Counted from the stretch's first letter, positions 50,001-59,871 are shown. The stretch: 64,000 nt of DNA from Thermoplasmata archaeon (GCA_041489255.1 JBGPQV010000007.1:34362-98361); one strand, 5' to 3'. Program-made: numbers and translations. The notes: a model not told the origin generated them from the letters alone.

Positions 50001-51621
50001 TCCCCGTGTGAAGCGGGAAGTTGTAGCCGTCGTATTCGTATTTGACGTATGGGACGCGGAACCACCTGGCCGCCCCCTCCGAATTAGTGTAGGCCAGCTG
50101 GGTCGACCGACCGATTGTGTCCACTTGGACGAGCGCGCCAGGAAGTGGGCGTAGGTTCCTGTCCAGGACCCGTCCGTCGAGGTAGTTCTCGATTGTGAGG
50201 TCCGAGCCTGCCTCGGCGATGAGAACCTTGTCGGGGTCGAACGAGTTGTTGACAGCGACGAGATGCGAAGGCACCCCGCCGGTGATCACGAAGAAGTCCA
50301 AGGCTTTGTTGTTTCGGAACGTGTTGTTCTCGATTGCGGGCGCCTGACACCCGGCGGCTTCGAACCCTACATACGAGTTCTCGAATGTGTTGCCTATGAA
50401 CCTGGAAATCGAAGTGGGGCGGCACCTGACGCTTATGTTGGCGTTCGTCACCGTGTTATCCGAAAATAGGGTGTCGGATCCTGCTTCAGCGAAAATCCCA
50501 ACATCGAAGCCTTGGATCGTGTTCCGCACAATCCTTCCATGAGATGGTCCAATATCGTTGATTATTCCTGGAGGTCCCATGTCGCTGCCTGTGTATGATA
50601 TCGTGTTGTTTTCAATCAATGGATCTGAACCCGGTTCACCGAAGGCTATTCCAAGCCACGGGCTCGCGATGGTATTGTTCAATATCCGTGCATCACTTTC
50701 AGTGAGCTCCATGTGGCCTACGATGGAATTGTCGGCGACAAGAGGCGTACTCGGTCCGAGGACGCCGCCAATGTAGATGCTGCCTTGAATCGTGTTGCCG
50801 ACGATTCTCGGATTTCCCCTCCCAATCCTAAGCCCACCAGCCGAAACCCCACTCTCGCCGGTGAATTCGACCGTGTTCCCTGCGAAACTCGCGTTTGAGA
50901 GGTCCATGCGTACTGCACCTCCGCCTGTGTGCGCGATCAAGCTTCTGGATATCGACGGGGAGCACCCGGTGATCCATAACGCCGACGCCTCTGCCTCCAT
51001 CACCCTGGATGAATCAACGGAGACGTTGTCGGAATATATCACCAATCCGCTGGGAACCCATGACCGCGTGTATAGGTCGTCCCCCCACAGGTACTCTATC
51101 GTGGAACCGGTGATTGAGGCGTTTCCGGAGACATCGAAGTGGTACCTCAGGCCATATACGGTGTACTGTAAGGGCGGGACGGGACCCATGTGGACGGTAG
51201 GGGTCGTCTTGTCGTAGGCCGTGATCATCGAATGCTTGACCAGCAACTCGCCTCCTGCATCAACAATGATTCCGTACTGTCCGTCGGTCGTGGAGTTGAT
51301 GAAGAGCGTGACGTTGTCCATGAATAGGCTGCCACCCGCCCGGACGGTGAGGTTGCCCTTCAGGACGATGGTCTCGTTGGACCTCTGCTCCACCAGTCCT
51401 GGACCTATCGTCCAATCTGAGTCGATCTCGACGGACGGGTTCGCATCCGAGCGTGAATCGAGCTTCGCGGCATGAGGATGACCTGCCGCGGAGCGATTCA
51501 ATGGCGTGCCGCCTGCGCCCAAATCCAAGGTTCTAGCGAGACCCATGAGAACCAGTACCGCCACGAGGACCGCGCCGAATGCGCGTCTCCACCGTTGCCC
51601 GGAAGGCTTCCACTCGGCCAA
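47062..51621 (-). CDS. Giant surface protein: right-handed beta-helix (NosD/PbH1-like), CARDB repeats, Ig-like DDTPP repeats, conserved 3-TM anchor
   Basis: Signal peptide; NTI/NNTI helix repeats; CARDB repeats; VNYKP..PWKGGKDR anchor. Confidence 0.88.
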   Translation of the reverse strand: MAEWKPSGQRWRRAFGAVLVAVLVLMGLARTLDLGAGGTPLNRSAAGHPHAAKLDSRSDANPSVEIDSDWTIGPGLVEQRSNETIVLKGNLTVRAGGSLFMDNVTLFINSTTDGQYGIIVDAGGELLVKHSMITAYDKTTPTVHMGPVPPLQYTVYGLRYHFDVSGNASITGSTIEYLWGDDLYTRSWVPSGLVIYSDNVSVDSSRVMEAEASALWITGCSPSISRSLIAHTGGGAVRMDLSNASFAGNTVEFTGESGVSAGGLRIGRGNPRIVGNTIQGSIYIGGVLGPSTPLVADNSIVGHMELTESDARILNNTIASPWLGIAFGEPGSDPLIENNTISYTGSDMGPPGIINDIGPSHGRIVRNTIQGFDVGIFAEAGSDTLFSDNTVTNANISVRCRPTSISRFIGNTFENSYVGFEAAGCQAPAIENNTFRNNKALDFFVITGGVPSHLVAVNNSFDPDKVLIAEAGSDLTIENYLDGRVLDRNLRPLPGALVQVDTIGRSTQLAYTNSEGAARWFRVPYVKYEYDGYNFPLHTGSPFKLSWFSSTAQATYPGKNFNNLPDYPSPRSVNMSRSHWEYFIEVGAPDMVELSMESVQASPNPALLGTSVSISAVVRNWGHVNATNVNIEFRNGGMSGTPIGGTLFGEIGRLGGKRTATMSWIPPGTGDYTLCAIADPLNAIPEPDESDNGACTNLTVVALPDLAVTPSDVSFLPAPPFANGSTILITAAIRSAGFASSPATSVRFHDGVPPSPAIDGDVPVGPIPVGGSDIAQVQWTATRIGGHEICVVADPDDTVAEINKANNMACVPVQVLSLPDLAPTSIATVPPSPIPEGTLSQVNVTIVNAGDLFAGGFDMLLFDDSNGNLAPNPGEDIGVLALAGIVGHSQSYAEFAWTASPADAHSLCAYADPPPGVVAESNETNNVMCMDILVQPGPVLRPDYIPVSPLPLPPIRVGMSSPVSLSIEVLNQGNGTAIDNAIIAFHEQSSPPFSTYVLSPLAPAATSSRFTAAWTSPATPGIYLVSADVDYYDNVSEWDETNNVYTWTIEVVAGPVTALIIGNPNYTSTVTYVKSITPLGFSVIDQSGLGIRNTAFRIDGGAPVNYTAAGTFFLAGEGEHTLEWRSLDWAGNLEDINSMSQRVDDTPPATTLSIGDPKYLVGGNVVTSSTPLTLLAVDGGITPVGLDQTDYRVDGANWKTYSSPFPLAGEGAHVLEYRSRDLLGNSEAVQSMQMVVDDTPPSTAIAIGEPKYLTGGNFVTSSTPLTLSAADGGVGSNSTFYRLWGGLWSSWRDYSTSFSLAGRDGTWYVEFLSFDYLGNSEAVQNETLILDDTPPVTTISPSAPFNLTAADSGCGVNVTMYRIDGGSWAYYTVEFTITEGEHTIYYYSTDRLGNVEQERSLVVKPPVEVAVNYKPIVALIFAIILFLAGVWSSKRRPWKGGKDRMAVAKAFAIISMPFILVEAVTGIISLITGMMSIPPPLGIGTLVDTTILVAGVAFSVFRGTRNAPREAGIQKEEEL

Positions 51622-51725
51622 TCTGCGTCCCGTAACTTTTAGACCGTGGCGAGTATTTATGCTGTGTGGAGTGGCATTTTAATCCTACTTATAGGTGACG
51701 GAGCGGTTCATCGGGCTCCCGTCTG

Positions 51726-54700
51726 TCACCGCTTCAGCGGCGTGCTCGTTTCCTCTGCTCCCGATGGTTTTGTCCTCACTATCTGGAGAACTGCCACAAC
51801 CATTCCAGCCAATAGAATCGCCAAGTCAACAGATGTGCCCGCTCCAACCAGCGGCGGCATCGACAGCTGCCCGGTGAGGAGAGATATAACGCCGGTTGTC
51901 GCCTCCGCAAGCACGAAGGGTAGCGAGAAGATCGCGAACGCCTTCGCCACCGCCATCCTGTCCTTCCCGCCCTTCCAGGGCTTCTTCTTTGAAGACCAGA
52001 TTCCCGCCACGAGCAGGATGATTGCGAAGATGAGAGCCACGATCGGCTTGTAGTTCGCCGCCACCTCTGGCGGTGGCGGTGCCTTTATGGTGAAAGGCCC
52101 GCTCTGAGACCATCCCTTGAGGCCGCCTGTATCTATGACAGTGATGTTGACAACAACATCGTTCGCTTCGACGTCCGGGAGGGTCCACGTAGAAGACAGT
52201 TGCCCTTTCAGAGCCGCCGCGATTTGACTCGTGACCCCTCCAGTCGTGTAGTTGATGTAGACCGTGAGGTTCGCGTTGACATCCTCGTTGTCGTGCATCG
52301 TCCAGATGATGGTACGAGAGGAGCCCTCGGCCCAATTCTCACCGCCAGAGGGCGAGGTGATCGTCACGGTCGGTGGGGTATTGGCGGGCGGCTGTGCTCG
52401 TATCGTGAATTGTCCGCTCTCGTCGTAGCCCTTCAGCCCTCCCGTGTCGGCCACGGTTCCGTTGACGACGACATCCGTGGCGGTGATCATTGGCAGGGTC
52501 CAGGAATAGGAGCCAACGCTGCAAGTAATAGGATTGCAGATGTTGCCGCTTCCCGCGCCTGACGTGTAGTTAATCCAGACGAGGAGAGCAGACGGGGGAT
52601 CCTCGTTGTCAGAGACCGTCCATGTTACGGCAAGAACAGATCCCCGGGCATACACCTCACCGCCAGAGGGGGAAGTGATCGTCATCGTCGGAGGAGTGTT
52701 TGATGGAGCTTGGATGGTGAAGGGCCCGCTCTCGTCATATCCTCTCAGACCTCCGGTGTCTATCACGGTTCCATTGACGACGACATCCGTGGCTGTAATC
52801 GTCGGCAAGGTCCATAGACAGGAGCCAAGATTTCCAACGACAGGGCCGCAGATGCTCCCGCTTCCCGCGCTGGAGGTATAGTTGATGAAGACGACCAGGG
52901 ACGAGGGGGCATCCTCGTTGTCCGTGGCGACCCAGGTGACCGGGTGTGAGGTGGCTTGGTTCCAGATCTCGCCGCCGACGGGTGATGTGACGGAGATGGT
53001 CGGGGGCGTGTTCGGCGGCGACGTGCCGAAGGTCCAGTAGCCCGGCGGAGTGTTCCCGTACCCCGACCACGTGGGGGGCTCCCAGTCGTCGCGAGCCCTC
53101 ACCCGCCAGTAGTAGGTGGTGAACGGATTCGTGGGGAAAGACGAGGAGGTCGTCCCAATGGTCATCCCAGAGCTGAGCGTCGTGGCGAACGACGTGTCGG
53201 TGGACACCTGCCACTCGAACGTTATCTGGTCTCCCTCGTTGTCCAGGCCGCTTGTCCACGAGACCGTCTGAGCAACGTCGACGGGTACCGTGGACGATTG
53301 GGGCGGGGACACGGGCGTCCTGGGGTCGTTGGGTATGCTGTTCACGTGGAACATCACCTCAACCTCCGCGCTGGTCTCGACGGAGTCGTTCACCCTGACC
53401 GCGAAGTAGTAGTCGCCGGTACGCAGGAGGGGCAGGCCGGCGTATGTGATTACTGTCTCCGCGCCCGGAGTGGGCGGAGGATCCCCCATGTCGCCCGCCC
53501 CGGGGGCACTGCCCACCCTCACGTCGAACCACGCCTGCGGGCGGCCGTCCGGGCTAAGGTATGTCCAGTTGAGGTCGGGCGAGAAATCTGTGATGTGGAC
53601 AATCCCAGGTGGAGACGTGAAGCCTTGGACGCCCAGACTCGACACGATCGGTAGGCTGGTGGTCTTGAATGTCCAGTAGTGGAGCGGTGCGTTCCCGTAG
53701 TCGGACCAGTTCATCGGTTCGTAGTCGTCCCTGGCCCTCACCCGCCAGAAGTAGTTAGTGGAGGGAACAGTGACGAACGTGTCTGATGTGATGGCGGTGG
53801 TCGTCCCCGAAGCCTCGATCGTCGCGAACGTGACATCCGTGGAGACCTCCCATCCGAACGTCACCAAGTCCATCTCTTGGTCACCGCCATTGTTCCAGAA
53901 GACTGTCTGAGAGGGGCTCGCCTGAACCATCGAGTTGTTGGCGGGAACGACAGGCTCGACGGGCGGGTAGGGTATGGTGTTCACGTGGAAGACTAGCTCC
54001 TCCTCGCCGCTCCACTCCTGCCCATCGTAGACCCTGATGCCGAAGTGGTAGTATCCTCCCCTGACGAGTGGACTGCCTGCATAGGTGACGATGTTTGTCG
54101 TGCCGAAGCCGAGAGGGGGCTTCCACAAGTCGGAAGTTCTTGGCGCGCTGCCGACCCTCAGGAGATACTGCGCTTGCGGGTCGCCGTCAGCGTCAAAGTA
54201 GGTCCAATTGAGATCCGGGGTGAGGTCCGTAACATGCCCTATTCCTGGGTCGCTCGTGAATCCTTGAGCGCCGAGGCCGGACACCTTCGGCGTCTTGCCC
54301 CCGGACTTGGGCATCAGCTTCGTCACGAATAGGTCATGACCGCCGTTGTACGACGTGTCAAAGGAGCCAGGGGTGACAGGGAAATCGGGTGAATCGGTCC
54401 AGCCGGTGACGTAGGCGTTGCCTGCCCCGTCGACCGCGATCGCGCAATACGATGGCACCTTGCACTCATCGTTTGCGCCGCCCAGGTACGTCCCGTAGAG
54501 CAGCGTCCTCCCGGTTGGATCAAGCCTAGCCACGTAAACGTCGCTGGACCCGTTCAGAATCACGTCTATCGCACCAGCGGTGAGAGGGAAATCGGCTGAG
54601 CCGGTCGAGCCAATAACATAGGCGCTGCCTGCCGCATCGACAGAAATCGATTCCCCCCAGTTGTCGTACGAGCTGCCGCTGAGGTACGTGGAGTAGACAA

Positions 54701-56510
54701 GCGATTTGCCATCCATGCTCAACTTCGTGACGAACGCAGGTACTCCCTTGAACCTGACGTCAAAAGCCCCCGACGTGACTGGGAAGTCGGTCGCGCTAGT
54801 CACACCAGTCACATATGCGCTTCCATCGGAGTCGGCCTTGATGGAATTCCCTCCAGTCGTGCCGAGGTGGCCGCCCAGGTATGTGGAGTAGACAAGGGCC
54901 ATGCCCACGCCGCTGAACTTCACCACGAAGGCCTTGCACGTTGGCGCTGGCAGGCTGTTGTCGGTGTCGAAGGCCCCGGGGGTGACGGGGAAGTCGGAGG
55001 ACCATGTCCCGCCTGTCACATAGACGCTGTAGGCGGCATCCACGGCTATGGAGCTTCCTGCGTCATGCTCCACTCCGCCGAGGAAAGTGGAGTAGACGAT
55101 CGAGTCCCCAGTTGGGCTGATCTCGGTCACAAAGGCGTCCGACCATCCACCCTTGCTCGCCTGGAAGGCGTCCGCAGTGACAGGGAAGTTGGACGCATAC
55201 GTGTAGCCAGTCACGAATGCATTGCGGGCGGAGTCGATCGCAATGCCCCATCCCTGGCTCTGGGAAGAGCCTCCAACGGATGCTGAGTAGATGAGCGAGT
55301 CACCGGCTGCGCTCAGTCTTGTGATGAAGACCCCATACCCGCTCTGAACTGCGCCGGGGGTGTAGGGGAAATCAGCCGAACTCGTCGTGCCGGTGACGTA
55401 TGCATCGCCACCATCGTCAACTGCGATGCCCCATCCGGCGTCGCCGCCCGAACCTCCCAGGTACGTGGAATAAACGAGCCCACTGCCAGTCGCGTTCAGT
55501 TTCGCCACGAAGGCCTCACCTCCCCCGTAGGACGTGGTATGGAAGGCGCCCGGAGTCGTCGGGAAGCCTACGGACGTTCCACCAGTTATGTACGAGTTGC
55601 CAGCTGAATCCACAGCGATGGAGATGCCTCTATCGTCCGCGCTGCCGCCGACGTAGGTGGAATAGACCAGGGGATCAATGACGAGGGTTCTTGCTGTGTC
55701 CACAGTGTTGCAATCGAAGCCGTAAGAGCGGCCTCCTCGAGGAACAAAAGAGCATGTAACCCTGTCATCTCCCTGGAATGAGGTTGGGGCGGTGTCCATC
55801 ACGATGCCCAGTGCTGTCCTGACTCGAATGTTGCCGGCTGCATCCAATTCGGCACCAGCCACTCCGTCATAGGAGAACGAGATCACCCGCCAATTTGCCC
55901 CGGGCTCCACGACAAGCTCGTACTTCACGCTACGATCCGTCGCCCGATACGTCAGGTCGACGCCATCGTATAGATTCCGGTAGACGACCTCGCGGTAGTT
56001 CTTCACGCCCGTCCTCCAAGCGGCATCGTCGTTCCCGTGGAAGAAGTTGCTCTTAAACGGCAACTCCCCCTTGCCCACAGGACTGACGGGGTTCGCTCCC
56101 TCGAAGCGGACCATGTAGGCGACCGACTCGGACGGTTTCTGATCTACGTTCGCATTCATCGGGCGCTCGACCGGATGGCGCCCATCGGCCTGGAGCGCGC
56201 TTCTGGCCCACTCGGTGAGCACAAACAGCACTCCGTCGTCCCTGAACGCGACCGCGGGATTCCCAGCCGAGTAGTAGCGGACAAGTCCATTCACTTGACC
56301 TCTGTTCTCTGTGAAGTAGCCGCCGATGGAGTCAAGGGCGTGCACCGCTGCCTCGTTGGTGAGCGGCACGGGAAGAACCGGACCTCTACTCTCTGAACGC
56401 GGTTGAATCGTCAGTAAGGAAGTCGACACGAAGAACACGGCGAGGATTGCGGCAACCGCCCTGCCTGACGGCGCATCACGATGCCCGCGGAGACAGATTC
56501 TAACCGCCAC
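51726..56510 (-). CDS. Giant surface protein: SBBP beta-propeller, FN3-like and NTPPT Ig-like repeats, conserved 3-TM anchor
   Basis: GYFTENRGQ, SBBP repeats, duplicated (Y/F)WRVRARDD, three NTPPT.T.TSP.GGE repeats, ANYKP..PWKGGKDR anchor. Confidence 0.88.
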   Translation of the reverse strand: MAVRICLRGHRDAPSGRAVAAILAVFFVSTSLLTIQPRSESRGPVLPVPLTNEAAVHALDSIGGYFTENRGQVNGLVRYYSAGNPAVAFRDDGVLFVLTEWARSALQADGRHPVERPMNANVDQKPSESVAYMVRFEGANPVSPVGKGELPFKSNFFHGNDDAAWRTGVKNYREVVYRNLYDGVDLTYRATDRSVKYELVVEPGANWRVISFSYDGVAGAELDAAGNIRVRTALGIVMDTAPTSFQGDDRVTCSFVPRGGRSYGFDCNTVDTARTLVIDPLVYSTYVGGSADDRGISIAVDSAGNSYITGGTSVGFPTTPGAFHTTSYGGGEAFVAKLNATGSGLVYSTYLGGSGGDAGWGIAVDDGGDAYVTGTTSSADFPYTPGAVQSGYGVFITRLSAAGDSLIYSASVGGSSQSQGWGIAIDSARNAFVTGYTYASNFPVTADAFQASKGGWSDAFVTEISPTGDSIVYSTFLGGVEHDAGSSIAVDAAYSVYVTGGTWSSDFPVTPGAFDTDNSLPAPTCKAFVVKFSGVGMALVYSTYLGGHLGTTGGNSIKADSDGSAYVTGVTSATDFPVTSGAFDVRFKGVPAFVTKLSMDGKSLVYSTYLSGSSYDNWGESISVDAAGSAYVIGSTGSADFPLTAGAIDVILNGSSDVYVARLDPTGRTLLYGTYLGGANDECKVPSYCAIAVDGAGNAYVTGWTDSPDFPVTPGSFDTSYNGGHDLFVTKLMPKSGGKTPKVSGLGAQGFTSDPGIGHVTDLTPDLNWTYFDADGDPQAQYLLRVGSAPRTSDLWKPPLGFGTTNIVTYAGSPLVRGGYYHFGIRVYDGQEWSGEEELVFHVNTIPYPPVEPVVPANNSMVQASPSQTVFWNNGGDQEMDLVTFGWEVSTDVTFATIEASGTTTAITSDTFVTVPSTNYFWRVRARDDYEPMNWSDYGNAPLHYWTFKTTSLPIVSSLGVQGFTSPPGIVHITDFSPDLNWTYLSPDGRPQAWFDVRVGSAPGAGDMGDPPPTPGAETVITYAGLPLLRTGDYYFAVRVNDSVETSAEVEVMFHVNSIPNDPRTPVSPPQSSTVPVDVAQTVSWTSGLDNEGDQITFEWQVSTDTSFATTLSSGMTIGTTSSSFPTNPFTTYYWRVRARDDWEPPTWSGYGNTPPGYWTFGTSPPNTPPTISVTSPVGGEIWNQATSHPVTWVATDNEDAPSSLVVFINYTSSAGSGSICGPVVGNLGSCLWTLPTITATDVVVNGTVIDTGGLRGYDESGPFTIQAPSNTPPTMTITSPSGGEVYARGSVLAVTWTVSDNEDPPSALLVWINYTSGAGSGNICNPITCSVGSYSWTLPMITATDVVVNGTVADTGGLKGYDESGQFTIRAQPPANTPPTVTITSPSGGENWAEGSSRTIIWTMHDNEDVNANLTVYINYTTGGVTSQIAAALKGQLSSTWTLPDVEANDVVVNITVIDTGGLKGWSQSGPFTIKAPPPPEVAANYKPIVALIFAIILLVAGIWSSKKKPWKGGKDRMAVAKAFAIFSLPFVLAEATTGVISLLTGQLSMPPLVGAGTSVDLAILLAGMVVAVLQIVRTKPSGAEETSTPLKR

Positions 56511-56561
56511 GCCCCCTCTCCAGCCGCCCTATCTGCTCATGGTGTATAAGATGGTTATCTG

Positions 56562-56832
56562 TCAACCGTCCGCATCTCTATCTCCCATGAATGCAGGAGA
56601 CGCGGGTCTGCGCGCCCTCAACAGGACGACGTACATGCCGACGATGAAGAGGTCGATGACCGTTCCCGCCCCGACGAGTGGCGGTATGGACAGCTGGCCC
56701 GTCAGCATCGAGACGATCCCCGTCCCCGCCTCGGCGAGGACGAACGGAAGCGAGGTGATCGCGAACGCCTTCACCACCGCCATCCTGTCCTTCCCGCCCT
56801 TCCACGGCCTCCTCTTCGATGACCAGAGACCC
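56562..56832 (-). pseudogene. Orphan anchor-module fragment (copy E)
   Basis: GLWSSKRRPWKGGKDRMAVVKAFAITSLPFVLAEAGTG; near-identical DNA to 43020-43130. Confidence 0.85.
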
Positions 56833-57189
56833 CTAGCCGCCGATCGTCCACATGGCATCCGACGGAACGTACACCCAGTAATCCTCCCTCGCTTTTCATC
56901 ACGCAGCGATATGCAATAGGCTGCAAAGGTCCCAGACCAAAGTCGATGAAAGCGAGTCACGCCAGCGAATTGCTCCCAGATGACTCCAGACTCCCGGCGT
57001 TGTCAAATCTTCAGGGATGAGAACCGCCAGGAATCGTATCGACCGCCCTACACATATGGAGAACGATCATTCGCTGAGATTAGGTCTCAGCCCGAATATC
57101 CCTAGGTTTTTGACAACGTCCAGACTCCCACAATCTTGAAATCCGTGCAGGCACATGTCATCATGATGCCCAGGGCGCGCTCAGGCCAC

Positions 57190-57666
57190 ATGAGAACAGC
57201 TGAGGGATTCGTCGAGATCCTCAAGAACATGTTGGGTGACGATCTTGTGAGCGTCGTCTTGTTCGGATCTGTCGCCAAGGGCGAGGCGAGAAGCGATTCC
57301 GACATCGACTTGCTCATCGTCGCGGAGAACCTTCCGAGGAGCATGCTCGCGAGGACGGACATCGTCATCGAGGCGGAGAAGAAGCTGTTCGATGCCATGG
57401 GAAAGAACCTCGCGCCAGGTGAGGGACCCATGCTTGCGGCGATCATGAGGACGCCCGAGGAGGCGTCCCGCCCAGTACCGCTCTACCTCGACATGGTTGA
57501 CGAGGCTGTCCTCCTCTTTGACCGAGACGGGTTCTTCGCCGGCGTGCTGTCCAAGCTCCGCGACAGGTTGCGGACCTTGGGGGCCAAGCGTCTCATGTTG
57601 GGCAACGTGCGATACTGGGATCTCAAGCCCGATTACCGCCCGGGAGATGTGGTTGAGCTTGGATAA
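57190..57666 (+). CDS. Minimal nucleotidyltransferase (MNT) antitoxin
   Basis: VLFGSVAKGE..SDIDLLIV; start uncertain (57163/57190). Confidence 0.87.
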   Translation: MRTAEGFVEILKNMLGDDLVSVVLFGSVAKGEARSDSDIDLLIVAENLPRSMLARTDIVIEAEKKLFDAMGKNLAPGEGPMLAAIMRTPEEASRPVPLYLDMVDEAVLLFDRDGFFAGVLSKLRDRLRTLGAKRLMLGNVRYWDLKPDYRPGDVVELG

Positions 57667-58075
57667 CCTGCACATCGCGGCGGGCTACTTTGCGCAGGCC
57701 GAGGCCCGCCTCAAGACTGCAAGGAGCGCGCTCAGAGGAGAGAACTTCGCGTACGCAATACGTCAGTCACAGGAGGCGGTGGAACTGGGGCTGAAGGCCG
57801 CGCTTCTCTATGCAGCAATCGATGTGCCCAAGGTGCACGATGTCGGTCCGTTCCTCCTCGCGCAGAAGGGACGATTTCCGTTGGGTTTCCGGCGAGCCAT
57901 CCCATGGATGGTCCAGACCTCGAGAAGACTGAGAAGCGAAAGGGAACGGTCTATGTACGGCGATGAAGCCATCGGGTTGCCAGCTGGCAGACTGTATACT
58001 CGGGCGGATGCTGAAGAGGCGACGAAAGATGCAGCCTATGTGGTTCGGACCGTCCGCCGACTGCTTTCAGACTAG
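57659..58075 (+). CDS. HEPN domain protein (HEPN-MNT pair)
   Basis: SQEAVELGLKAAL..PKVHDV..ERERSMYG; TTG start overlapping the MNT end. Confidence 0.85.
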   Translation: MDNLHIAAGYFAQAEARLKTARSALRGENFAYAIRQSQEAVELGLKAALLYAAIDVPKVHDVGPFLLAQKGRFPLGFRRAIPWMVQTSRRLRSERERSMYGDEAIGLPAGRLYTRADAEEATKDAAYVVRTVRRLLSD

Positions 58076-58181
58076 CGTGACGGCTGTTCATATGAGACGC
58101 GGATCACCGGTTTGCCAACTACACTGATTTCCTATCACTGACCTAAAAAGAGTCCCGCATTCTTGGTCATCAAGGGTTTAC

Positions 58182-58533
58182 TCAACGTGAATACTCTTGA
58201 GGCGCATCCACGATTTTGGGCTCCGGATGCCTCCTCTGAATCCCTCTCGTGAGTGAGATTATCAAACCGATCAGGAGAATGGCCTTGTCTATCCCTGTGG
58301 CCAAACCCATCAAAGGCGGTATCTGGAGAAGCCCGGTCCATGAGGATATGACACCCGTTGCGATTTCGGCAAGGATGAACGGCAGCGACGTGATCGCGAA
58401 CGCCTTCGCCACCGCCATCCTGTCTTTACCACCCTTCCACGGCCTCTTCCTGGAAGACCAGACTCCCGCCAGGAGCAGGATGATTATGAAGATGAGCGCA
58501 ACAATCTACTCGTAGTTTGCTGCCGCCTCGGTT
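58182..58533 (-). pseudogene. Orphan anchor-module fragment (copy F) with internal stop
   Basis: EAAANYE*IVALIFIIILLLAGVWSSRKRPWKGGKDRMAVAKAF; TAG replaces the Pro of NYKP. Confidence 0.85.
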
Positions 58534-58607
58534 GTCGGCGATAATCGATGGTCATCATCCACGCTTCCACCAAACTCATAAGTACACAGATAATGATGCC
58601 ATACTGC

Positions 58608-58988
58608 ATGTCGCGCGGCAGATTCGTTGATAGCGACCCGGGGGAATGGCTACGCAGGTCTCGCCGCAATCTGCTTGTAGCGAAATCGCTTCTCGAATCG
58701 CGCTTCTACGATGAAGTGGCCTTCCACGCCCAGCAAGCCGCGGAGTTGGCACTGAAACCGCTTCAGATCCAGAATACGGGGCGGTTCTCTCTTGTTCATG
58801 ACTTGACGTATCTTGCTCGTGAGGTGTCGGCACCGCCGAGAATCATGAAGCTCGCGGCGGCCGTCACACCCGCCTACGTCGGTGCGCGCTATCCGGACGT
58901 GGGCGGCAAGATCAATCGCAAGTCCGCAGAAGCGACGTTGGAAGCGGCGAGGAGGATTGTAAGATGGGTTCGAAGACAGATGGCCTGA
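58608..58988 (+). CDS. HEPN domain protein
   Basis: EWLRRS..L..A..FHAQQAAELALK..HDL..YVGARYPD. Confidence 0.87.
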   Translation: MSRGRFVDSDPGEWLRRSRRNLLVAKSLLESRFYDEVAFHAQQAAELALKPLQIQNTGRFSLVHDLTYLAREVSAPPRIMKLAAAVTPAYVGARYPDVGGKINRKSAEATLEAARRIVRWVRRQMA

Positions 58989-59290
58989 TCGAGGACCTAA
59001 GACGCTTCCGGAGGAAGCTCCAGAGTCGCTACGCAATCGAACGGATGATCCTGTTCGGGTCAAGAGCCCGCGGTCAATCCAAACGATTCAGCGATGTCGA
59101 TCTCATTGTGGTCAGCAAGAGATTCCGCAGGATGGGCGCGATAGAGAGGGCGATCCCGCTCTACCTCGAATGGGATCTGGGCGTTCCTGTGGACTTCCTG
59201 TGCTATACGCCTGAGGAGTTCCGGGCGCTATCCGCGCGTGGCGGTCTGGTGAGGGAAGCGCTGCGCGAGGGAATCCCAATCTCAGGTTGA
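58964..59290 (+). CDS. Minimal nucleotidyltransferase (MNT)
   Basis: ILFGSRARG..SDVDLIVVS..VDFLCYTPEEF. Confidence 0.88.
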   Translation: MGSKTDGLIEDLRRFRRKLQSRYAIERMILFGSRARGQSKRFSDVDLIVVSKRFRRMGAIERAIPLYLEWDLGVPVDFLCYTPEEFRALSARGGLVREALREGIPISG

Positions 59291-59353
59291 GCGTTTCGTC
59301 ATCTTGGCGGGTGATGGGGTGCCGGAGCTCTTGGGCGCCTTTTCCTCCAATAG

Positions 59354-59590
59354 CTAGACGGTGACTCCGGGTTCTTGTCGCGACTTGATGCTTTTGAAGA
59401 ACGTGACCGCAAGTCCCATTGCCAATATGGCCGAATCGGCAGCAGTCCCGATTCCGATTATTGGCGGTATCTTTAGTTCACCGGTGGCAAATGAGAGAAT
59501 CCCCGTCCCCACTTCAGCTAGAACGCATGGCAACGAGAATATCGCGAACGCCTTCGCCACCGCCATCCTTTCCTTCCCGCCCTTCCCTCT
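59354..59590 (-). pseudogene. Orphan anchor-module fragment (copy G)
   Basis: KGGKERMAVAKAFAIFSLPCVLAEVGTGILSFATGELKIPP. Confidence 0.85.
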
Positions 59591-59646
59591 CCTCAGGCAG
59601 CATCCGCCCGGCAGGTCTAAAATGCCCCGGGAGAATCGTGTCTCTG

Positions 59647-59871
59647 ATGAAGTACAAAGTGGTGATCGAGCACGACCCGGAGACGGGGCACCATGCCGCC
59701 ACGGTCCCGGGCCTGCCGATTTTCGTGGACGCTGAGAGCGAGAAGGAGGTGCGCAAGCTGGTCAAGGAGGCGATCAGCTTCTACCTTGAGGAGGCGTCGA
59801 AGGGGAGACCCGCGAGGTCACCCGGAGCCGCCGCCCCTCTCCCCGTCAAGATCATCACGGTGGACGTCTGA
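59647..59871 (+). CDS. HicB-family antitoxin (UPF0150-like)
   Basis: MKYKVVIEHD..ATVPGLP..E..KEAISFYLE. Confidence 0.82.
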   Translation: MKYKVVIEHDPETGHHAATVPGLPIFVDAESEKEVRKLVKEAISFYLEEASKGRPARSPGAAAPLPVKIITVDV

